Origin: an uncultured Actinomycetota bacterium
GTDB taxonomy: Bacteria; Actinomycetota; Actinomycetes; Propionibacteriales; Nocardioidaceae
Assembly (NCBI GenBank): GCA_963796975.1
Contig: CAWCNW010000023.1
Location: forward strand, 35,305-99,304
Direction of reading: 5' to 3'
Length of the DNA stretch: 64,000 nucleotides
The notes under the pieces were generated by a model, which saw only the letters and a list, made by a program, of their open reading frames with translations, searched no databases and had not been told where the DNA came from. Shown here in pieces: positions 57,006-64,000 of this stretch; position 1 is the first letter of the stretch; the number at the start of each line of letters is the position of its first letter. A program made the translations under genes and the position numbers.

Positions 57006-59708
57006 GTGTCAGCGGCCTCCACGGACCGGTTCTCCTCGGTCCCCACCTCTCGGTTGAAGAGGCTCGGCATCTGGCTCGTGGTCGCGCTCGTCGTGCTCTA
57101 CGCGCTCTGGGAGGCCTTCCTGGCGCTGGTGAACATCCGCACCAACGTGCTCTGGTACCGCTCGGTCGACACCGGCTCGGTCTACCGGACCATCCTGGGC
57201 GCCCAGGTACTGCTGTTCTTCGTCTTCGGTGTGCTCGCCGCGCTGGCTGTCGCGGCCACGCTGCTCGTCCTGATCCGACACCGACCCCGGTTCCGTCCCG
57301 ACCCGGCCCGGCACAAGTGGCGGCACCGCTTCCTCCGCTTCGACCGCCGGTTCCGGCTCTGGCTGGTCGGGGCCGTCGCCCTGTACCTGGGCGTCCGCGC
57401 CGGCACTGCGGCGACCCACCGCTGGCAGGCCTACGAGATGTGGCGGCACGCCCAGCCCTTCCACCAGACCGACCCGCAGTTCCACCGCGACGTCTCCTAC
57501 TTCGTCTCGGTGCTGCCGTTCCACCTGGCCGTCGTCGGCTTCCTCACCTCGATCGTGGTCGCCTGCCTGCTGGTCACCCTGGTCGCCGGCTACCTGTACG
57601 GCGCGCTGCGGATCCGCGGCCGCGGACGCAAGCTGACGCCGGCGCTCAAGGCGCAGATCTCGGTGCTGCTCGGCCTCTACCTGCTGCTCAAGGCGTCGTC
57701 GTACTGGCTGGGCCGCTTCTCCCTCACCACCTCGAACCGCGGCCCGGTGACCGGTCTGTCCTACACCGACACCCACGCCACGCTGCCCGGGCTCACCGTC
57801 CTGGTGGTGGTCGCGTTCCTGCTGGCACTGCTGCTCTTCGCGAACGCCTGGCTGGGCAGGCTGCGCTGGATCGCGGTCGCCGTCGGCGGGATGGTGGTCG
57901 CCGCGCTGATCTTCGGCACCGCGCTGCCGTCGCTGGTCTTCAAGTTCCGCGAGCAGCCGAGCGCCTCCACCGTCGACCGCCCCCTCATCGCGCGCAACCA
58001 GGCCGCGACGTTGAAGGCCTTCGGCCTCGACGGGAACGTCACGACGCAGGAGTACGGCGCCACGGGCAGCACGCCGACCACCACGAGCGTGGCCCGCGCC
58101 CGGCGCTCGGCCCAGATCCGGCTGCTCGACCCGAACAAGCTGTCGCCGACCTTCAACGTCAAGCAGGAGATCCAGGCGTTCTACCAGTTCAAGACGCCGC
58201 TCGACATCGCCCACTACCCCCTCGGCGCGCGCGACCAGGACGTCGCGATCGCGGCCCGCGAGCTCAACCTCTCCGGCATCTCGCGCAGCACCTGGTCCAA
58301 CCGGCACCTCATCTACACCCACGGGTACGGCGTGGTGGCCGCGCCGACCGACCAGCTCAACGACAACGGCGAGCCGATCTTCGTCAACGGCGGCCTGCCC
58401 CCCGTGAACCAGATCCCGGTGACGGTGCCCCAGATCTACTTCGGCCAGCACTCACCGTCGTACTCCATCGTCGGCGAGCCCCCGGGCAGCACCAAGAACG
58501 TCGAGTTCGACCACCCGAGCACCAACGGCGGCACGACCGGCGTGCACAACACCTACCAGGGCAAGGGCGGCGTGCCGATCGGCTCACGCCTGACCCGGCT
58601 GCTGTACGCCGTCCAGCTCGGCGACCCGAACATCTTCTTCTCCAGCGGCATCAACTCCGGCTCGCAGCTGCTGACGGTGCGCGACCCGCGCAAGCGCGTC
58701 GCCAAGGTCGCCCCGTGGCTGACCCTCGACGGCGACGTCTACCCGGCCTTGGTCGACGGCACGGTGCAGTGGGTGGTCGACGGCTTCACCTCGAGCGCGC
58801 GCTATCCCGACTCCCAACAGCTCAACCTGCACCAGGCGACCGCCAACTCCTTGACCAACGCGACGGGCATCGCGAGCCAGCCGCCCCAGCAGGTCAACTA
58901 CCTGCAGAACTCGGTCAAGGCCGTCGTCGACGCCTACTCCGGCAAGGTCACGCTGTACTCCTGGAACCAGCAGAGCCAGCCCGACCCGGTGCTGCAGACC
59001 TGGGAGAGCGCCTTCCCGGGCCTCGTCCAGCCCGAGTCGAGCATCCCGCCGGCCCTGTTGGAGCGCCTGCGCTACCCGCAGGACCTCTTCGACGTACAGC
59101 GTGCGCTGCTCACCCAGTACCACGTCGCGGACCCGAGCGACTTCTACAACGGTGCCGACTTCTGGAAGGTCCCCACCGACCCGACCGTCGCAGCGACGAA
59201 GACCTTCAACGGCCGCGGCGCGAGCGGCTCGTCGCCCACCATGCCGTCGACGTACATGTCACTCTCGCCGACCGGCGACGGCCCGTCGCAGTGGGCGCTC
59301 TCCACGCCGATGGTCACCCTCAACTACCGCCAGCTCGCGGGCTTCCTGTCCGTGAACGCCCAGCCCGGCCCCGACTACGGGAAGCTCACGTTGCTGGACT
59401 TCCCGGCCGGCCAGTCGGTCGAGTCGCCGGCGCAGACCCAGAACGACATCGACTCCGACAACCAGATCGCGAGCGCACTCACCCTGCTCCGCGGCAACTC
59501 CAAGGTGGTGCTCGGCAACATGCTGACCATCCCCCTGGACAACAAGGTGCTGTACGTCGAGCCGGTCTACACCCAGGCCAGGGGCTCGAACTCCTTCCCG
59601 AAGCTGAGCCGCGTGATCGCGGTGTACGGCAACGGGCAGCCCGCGTTCAAGCCCACTCTCAACGCCGCCCTGCGGCAGGCGATCGCCAACGACGCCCGGC
59701 GCTCCTGA
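57006..59708 (+). CDS. UPF0182 family large membrane protein
   Basis: 900 aa with about 7 N-terminal TM helices and a large C-terminal domain. Blocks [22 protein letters not shown] and LYVEPVY are typical of actinobacterial UPF0182. Confidence 0.8.
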   Translation: MSAASTDRFSSVPTSRLKRLGIWLVVALVVLYALWEAFLALVNIRTNVLWYRSVDTGSVYRTILGAQVLLFFVFGVLAALAVAATLLVLIRHRPRFRPDPARHKWRHRFLRFDRRFRLWLVGAVALYLGVRAGTAATHRWQAYEMWRHAQPFHQTDPQFHRDVSYFVSVLPFHLAVVGFLTSIVVACLLVTLVAGYLYGALRIRGRGRKLTPALKAQISVLLGLYLLLKASSYWLGRFSLTTSNRGPVTGLSYTDTHATLPGLTVLVVVAFLLALLLFANAWLGRLRWIAVAVGGMVVAALIFGTALPSLVFKFREQPSASTVDRPLIARNQAATLKAFGLDGNVTTQEYGATGSTPTTTSVARARRSAQIRLLDPNKLSPTFNVKQEIQAFYQFKTPLDIAHYPLGARDQDVAIAARELNLSGISRSTWSNRHLIYTHGYGVVAAPTDQLNDNGEPIFVNGGLPPVNQIPVTVPQIYFGQHSPSYSIVGEPPGSTKNVEFDHPSTNGGTTGVHNTYQGKGGVPIGSRLTRLLYAVQLGDPNIFFSSGINSGSQLLTVRDPRKRVAKVAPWLTLDGDVYPALVDGTVQWVVDGFTSSARYPDSQQLNLHQATANSLTNATGIASQPPQQVNYLQNSVKAVVDAYSGKVTLYSWNQQSQPDPVLQTWESAFPGLVQPESSIPPALLERLRYPQDLFDVQRALLTQYHVADPSDFYNGADFWKVPTDPTVAATKTFNGRGASGSSPTMPSTYMSLSPTGDGPSQWALSTPMVTLNYRQLAGFLSVNAQPGPDYGKLTLLDFPAGQSVESPAQTQNDIDSDNQIASALTLLRGNSKVVLGNMLTIPLDNKVLYVEPVYTQARGSNSFPKLSRVIAVYGNGQPAFKPTLNAALRQAIANDARRS

Positions 59709-59739
59709 CCGCACCCTGCGCGGGTGTGACCATGGGTGC

Positions 59740-60498
59740 ATGGTCGAGCGCGCTCTGAGCTTCGGATCGGTGGCAGCGGCGTACGAACGGTTCCGTCCCG
59801 GCTACCCCGACGAACTCGTCGACGAGGTGCTCGCCTATGCGGGCCGGCCGGTCGCCTCGGCCCTGGAGATCGGTGCGGGTACCGGCAAGGCCACCCGGGT
59901 GTTCGCCCGGCGTGGGATTGCCGTCACAGCCACCGATCCTGACGCCGCGATGCTGGCCGAGCTGCGCCGCCACGTGCCCGACACGGTCGCCACCGTGCAG
60001 GCACGCTTCGAGGACCTGCCCCTCACCCCGGTCTACGACCTGGTCCTCGCCGCAGCATCCCTGCACTGGACCGAGCCGGACGGTCGTTGGTCACGAGTTG
60101 CCGCGATGCTCGGCTCCGCGGGGATCTTCGCCTCCTTCGGAGCGCAGGTGCACCTGGCCGACCCCGACCTCGAGGCGGCCGTCCGGGCAGCACGGGCTCC
60201 GCACCTCGCTGATGACGACGTTGCCTCACCCGACGGCACGCCGCCCGACAGCCCGTGGCAGTGGCCAGGGACCGAACTGGTCAGGTCGAACCTGTTCACC
60301 GACGTCCGCCAGTCGGTGATCGCACGTCGTCCGACGGCCTCGGCCAGTGACTACGTCGACCATCTCTCGACGATCTCGGCGTACCTCGAGCTGGCCGTCG
60401 CCGAGCGAGAAGTCGTGCTCGACCGGATCCTGGGCGTGCTCCCGGACCGGGTGGCGCTCGTCGCCGACCTCACCCTGCACCTGGCCCGACGGGTCTGA
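59740..60498 (+). CDS. Class I SAM-dependent methyltransferase
   Basis: ALEIGAGTGKAT motif I, 252 aa. Confidence 0.8.
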   Translation: MVERALSFGSVAAAYERFRPGYPDELVDEVLAYAGRPVASALEIGAGTGKATRVFARRGIAVTATDPDAAMLAELRRHVPDTVATVQARFEDLPLTPVYDLVLAAASLHWTEPDGRWSRVAAMLGSAGIFASFGAQVHLADPDLEAAVRAARAPHLADDDVASPDGTPPDSPWQWPGTELVRSNLFTDVRQSVIARRPTASASDYVDHLSTISAYLELAVAEREVVLDRILGVLPDRVALVADLTLHLARRV

Positions 60499-60510
60499 TG
60501 ACGCCGTGGT

Positions 60511-60570
60511 CAACCAAACGGTTGACAACGGCGCGCGGGCCGCCTACGTTGTCCCGCAACCACAAGGTTG
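60511..60570 (+). promoter_or_regulatory. Two copies of a CAACC-N4-GGTTG palindrome upstream of the ArsR-family gene (candidate operators)
   Basis: caaccaaacggttg at 60511-60524 and caaccacaaggttg at 60557-60570. The second copy ends 14 nt before the ATG. Confidence 0.45.
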
Positions 60571-60584
60571 AGGAAGGCGGCGTG

Positions 60585-60956
60585 ATGGCCGACGAGCTGT
60601 CCCGGGTGTTCGCCGCTCTGGCGGACCCGACCCGGCGCGACCTGGTGGCCCGGCTGACCGACGGCGACGCCACGGTCGGCGACCTCGCTGCGCCGTACGA
60701 CGTGAGCCTGCAGGCGGTCTCCAAGCACCTCAAGGTGCTCGAGGAGGCCGGCCTGGTCACCCGCAGCCGCGACGCCCAGCGCCGCCCCGTGCACCTGGAA
60801 GCGGAGGTGTTCGACCTGATGACCGCCTGGATCGAGCGCTACCGGCGTCGGGCCGAGGAGCGCTACCAGCGCCTCGACACCGTCCTCGCCGAGATGGACG
60901 ACGAGCACGACGAGGCACCCACCACCGAGAAGCCCCAGGAGGGAACCGCATCATGA
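60585..60956 (+). CDS. ArsR/SmtB family transcriptional regulator
   Basis: FAALADPTRRDLVARL...VGDLAAPYDVSLQAVSKHLKVLEEAGLV winged-HTH. Confidence 0.88.
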   Translation: MADELSRVFAALADPTRRDLVARLTDGDATVGDLAAPYDVSLQAVSKHLKVLEEAGLVTRSRDAQRRPVHLEAEVFDLMTAWIERYRRRAEERYQRLDTVLAEMDDEHDEAPTTEKPQEGTAS

Positions 60957-61456
60957 CCACCGCACCCGCCCACACCCGCTACGACGAGGCCGCCATCGAG
61001 GCGGACCCGACGGTCCCGATCATCCACATCCGGCGCGACTTCGACGGCACCCCCGAGCAGCTCTTCCGCGCCCACACCGACCCCGACCTGCTGAGCCGTT
61101 GGATCGGCCCGGCCGGCTCCACCACCGAGGTGCTGGTGTGGGACCCCACCGACAACGGTCGCTGGCGCTACTCGGTCAGCGACTGCGACGGCGTCCCCCA
61201 GCAGTTCCGTGGCAGCTTCCACACCGTTCGTCCCGACCGGATCGTGCAGACCTTCACCTGGGAGGGTATGCCCGACAGCGTCGCCCTCGAGACCCTCACC
61301 CTCACCGACCTCGGCGACGGCCGCACCCGCTTGCACGCCCAGTCGCTGTGCGACAGCTTCGAGGCCCGCGACGCCTGGCTGCGCAGCGGCATGGAGACCG
61401 GCGTGAACGACGGCTACACCGCCCTCGACCGGCTGCTGACCGACGGCACCGTCTGA
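60953..61456 (+). CDS. SRPBCC family protein (AHSA1/Aha1-like domain)
   Basis: 167 aa. ATGA overlap with the arsR-like gene, which is the usual ArsR-SRPBCC pairing. Blocks PEQLFRAHTDPDLL and WEGMPD. Confidence 0.8.
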   Translation: MTTAPAHTRYDEAAIEADPTVPIIHIRRDFDGTPEQLFRAHTDPDLLSRWIGPAGSTTEVLVWDPTDNGRWRYSVSDCDGVPQQFRGSFHTVRPDRIVQTFTWEGMPDSVALETLTLTDLGDGRTRLHAQSLCDSFEARDAWLRSGMETGVNDGYTALDRLLTDGTV

Positions 61457-61542
61457 CCTGAGGACACGCCGAAGGGTGCGTCGGTTCGTCGGACCACTTA
61501 TGGATAAAGTAGAGTGACTTACTCCAGATTGAGGGAGTGGTC

Positions 61543-62479
61543 ATGCTGGCGGTCGACCTGCATCAGCACCTGTGGCCGGCGTCGTTCGTCGAGCTGCTGC
61601 GCCGGCGTACCCGCGCGCCGTACCTGCGCGGCTGGCAGCTGGTCACCGAGGGCGAGCCGGCCTATGACGTGCGTCCGGCCGACCACGAGGTCGCCCGCCG
61701 CATCGAGCAGGACCACCGGGCCGGGATCGGGCTGGCCTGCCTGAGCCTGTCAGCGCCGCTCGGCATCGAGTCGCTGCCCGGCGACGAGGCCTCCGCTCTC
61801 CTCGACGGCTACCACGCCGGCGTGCACGACCTGCCCGAGCACTTCGCGGCCTGGGCATCGGTGCCGACGACTGAGCCCGACCTGCTCGGACTGGCCGACC
61901 TGCTCGCCGGCCGCTTCGTCGGCGTACAGCTGCCGGCGACCGCGCTGACCACCCCTGCCGGGTGGAGCGCCGTCGCCGACGTCCTGCGCGTCGCCGAGCT
62001 CAGCGACAAGCCGGTGTTCGTGCACCCCGGCCCGATGCCGCCCGCGGGCGCGCTGCCGCCGTGGTGGGCGCCCGTCGTCGGGTACGTCGCCCAGCTCCAG
62101 GCCGCGTGGTGGGGGTGGCACGCCTTCGGTGGCCGCTCGCAGTTCCCCCAGCTGCGGCTCGTCTTCGCCGCCGGCGCCGGCCTCGCACCCGTCCACCACG
62201 AGCGGCTCACCGCCCGCGGCGGTCGCCTCGGTCCGGTCGACCCGGACCTGTTCGTCGACACCTCGTCGTACGGCGCCCAGGCCCTCGACGCCCTGACCCG
62301 CGACCCTCGGCATCGACTCGATCGTGCTCGGCAGTGACCGTCCGTACGCCGAGCCGCTGCACTCGCTGCTCGGCGAGGCCGCGACCCGCGCGATGCGGGT
62401 CGACAACCCCTACCGGGCGCTCGGGCGCTCTCCGCACTCCGGCCACGAGGCCGCAGCAAAGATGGAGGCAGTGGCATGA
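61543..62479 (+). CDS. Amidohydrolase family protein (amidohydrolase_2 / ACMSD-like), apparent 1-nt frameshift at 62304-62306
   Basis: N-terminus AVDLHQHLWP. The reading frame stops at 62337, but the next frame continues with LGIDSIVLGSDRPYAEP... to a TGA at 62477-62479 that overlaps the next ATG. Confidence 0.75.
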
Positions 62480-63021
62480 GCGTCACCGTGCTCGGCGTAC
62501 CGGCCCGCGAGGCGACCCCCCTGGAGGGCGACCTGAGTCTCGACACGCTGCCGGGACGCGACCTGGAGCAGGAGGAGCTGCGCTCGCTCGCCTCCTACCT
62601 CGCCCTGCGCCCCGAGCTGTGGCAGCATCACCTCGCGTTCGACGACGACCACCGCGTCTACGTCTCGCTCTACCGCGACGCCCACGTCGACGTCTGGCTG
62701 CTGTGCTGGACACCCGAGAACGACACCGGCTTCCACGACCACGACATCTCCTCCGGCGCGGTCGCCGTCGTCAGCGGCACCCTGCTCGAGCACAACCTCG
62801 CCGTCGACAACGGCACCATCGAGACCGTTGTCGAGGGCGGCCAGGTCTTCAGCTTCGGCCCCGACCACATCCACCGGCTCACCGGAGCCGTGCACGGGTC
62901 GGTCTCGGTGCACGCCTACAGCCCGCCGCTGTGGCGGATGGGCCAGTACTCCATCACCGCCGACGGCCGGCTCCGCCGGGTCTCGGTCTCCTACGCCGAC
63001 GAGCTGCGCCCCATCGACTGA
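62476..63021 (+). CDS. Cysteine dioxygenase type I-like cupin protein
   Basis: Cupin metal motif GFHDHD...HIHRL. 181 aa. Translationally coupled to the amidohydrolase. Confidence 0.75.
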   Translation: MSVTVLGVPAREATPLEGDLSLDTLPGRDLEQEELRSLASYLALRPELWQHHLAFDDDHRVYVSLYRDAHVDVWLLCWTPENDTGFHDHDISSGAVAVVSGTLLEHNLAVDNGTIETVVEGGQVFSFGPDHIHRLTGAVHGSVSVHAYSPPLWRMGQYSITADGRLRRVSVSYADELRPID

Positions 63022-63029
63022 CGGCCGGC

Positions 63030-63923
63030 TCAGAGCATCTCGTGGCGGTACGGCGGGTCGGCGCCGGGCCGCGAGACCGTCACCGCCGCCGCCCGCGCCG
63101 CGCGACGCAGCACGGTCTCGATCGCGGAGGCGTCGAGCGCCGCGAGGCGGCCGCCGAAGGCGTTCAGCTCCCAGAGCGCGTCCAGCATCGCCGCGCCGAA
63201 GGTGTCACCGGCACCGATGGTGTCGGCCACCTCGACGTCGGTGGAAGGTGCGTCGACCCGTCCCGCCGCATGGAACCAGGTGGCTCCGTCGCGGCCCCGG
63301 GTGACCACGACGGCAGCGGGGCCCAGGCCGAGCAGGTGCGCGACCGACTGCTCGACGGTGGCGTCGGGATACAGCGCCTCGAGGTCCTCGTCCGAGGCCT
63401 TGACCAGGTCGGCGAGCACGACCACCTCCTCCACGGCGCGCACCACGTCGGGTCCGGCCCCGGTCACGGCCGGCCGGGCGTTGATGTCGTAGCTGATGGT
63501 CGCCGTCGGCCGCTGCCGCTCCAGCAGCCGGCGTACGTCGTCGGCACCGGGGGTCAGCACCGCGCCGAGCGAGCAGGTGTGCACGACGACCGGTGACAGG
63601 TCGGGCACCGCGTTGAGCCGCCAGTCGATGTCGAAGGTGTACGACGCGCTCCCGTCCGCGGCGAGCGTGGCCAGCGCGGTGGCGGTGCGCTCCAGGGCGT
63701 GCGGGTCGCCGGTGACCGCGACGGCGGACTGGTTGAGGTGCCGCGCCAGCACCGCGCCGCGCTCGTCGTCGGCGTACGCCGTCACGAACGCGACCGGGCG
63801 GCCGAGCCGGGCCAGGGCGACCGCGACGTTGGCCGCGCTCCCGCCGGCGTACTCCACCGACGTACCGTCCGCCCGCCGCACGATGTCGACCAGCGACTCC
63901 CCCACCACCAGCACGTCCGTCAT
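63030..63923 (-). CDS. PfkB family carbohydrate kinase (fructokinase/ribokinase-like)
   Basis: N-terminal VVGESLVD..GGSAANVA and C-terminal DTIGAGDTF motifs. Confidence 0.88.
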   Translation of the reverse strand: MTDVLVVGESLVDIVRRADGTSVEYAGGSAANVAVALARLGRPVAFVTAYADDERGAVLARHLNQSAVAVTGDPHALERTATALATLAADGSASYTFDIDWRLNAVPDLSPVVVHTCSLGAVLTPGADDVRRLLERQRPTATISYDINARPAVTGAGPDVVRAVEEVVVLADLVKASDEDLEALYPDATVEQSVAHLLGLGPAAVVVTRGRDGATWFHAAGRVDAPSTDVEVADTIGAGDTFGAAMLDALWELNAFGGRLAALDASAIETVLRRAARAAAVTVSRPGADPPYRHEML

Positions 63924-64000
63924 GAGGCCATGCTTACCTCATCGAGGCCGTGGCGACGGGGCGACCGGCGGAGATGGACGGCACCAGGCATGATGCGGCC

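Noticed and set aside
55205-57070. Long N-terminal extension of the truA ORF (54377..57070, 897 aa)
   Set aside because: The extension is antisense to the TrxR-like flavoprotein gene, which has clear FAD/NAD motifs. TruA homology starts at [14 protein letters not shown].

Overview
High-GC (about 70%+) actinobacterial chromosome segment; gene content and order suggest a Nocardioides-like member of the Propionibacteriales, but that taxonomic call is inference only. The backbone is the conserved housekeeping region also known from Mycobacterium tuberculosis: groEL1-groES, the t6A genes tsaD-rimI-tsaB-tsaE, alr, nnr, acpS, glmS, coaA, glmM-rpsI-rplM, then truA. Two lineage-specific blocks interrupt it. 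(1) About 19.6 kb lies between groES and tsaD: a cyclase, a TPP enzyme, a two-component system with an MMPL and an MFS transporter, purine salvage genes, a mycothiol-dependent formaldehyde detoxification pair, and a triplicated ECF-sigma/sensor module. (2) About 14.7 kb lies between rplM and truA: citrate synthase, an HtrA-like protease, an ABC-F ATPase, and a four-gene ABC system with two ATPases and two very large double-FtsX permeases. I found no rRNA, tRNA, CRISPR array, transposase or integrase. The most interesting signals are non-genic or architectural: (a) a minisatellite/hairpin element that sits in-frame inside the TPP-enzyme gene and recurs in two intergenic regions; (b) several related GC-rich palindromic repeats sharing a GGCACAC/GTGTGCC core at six or more loci, one pair bracketing a DUF559 endonuclease-like gene; (c) the triplicated sensor module with TGCAAC-N17-CGTC promoters; (d) the unusual ABC system; (e) three single-base frameshifts at C/G homopolymers (tsaD, tsaE, an amidohydrolase) that look like sequencing errors. 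All functional calls come from reading the translated ORFs for family motifs and from synteny. No database search was run.
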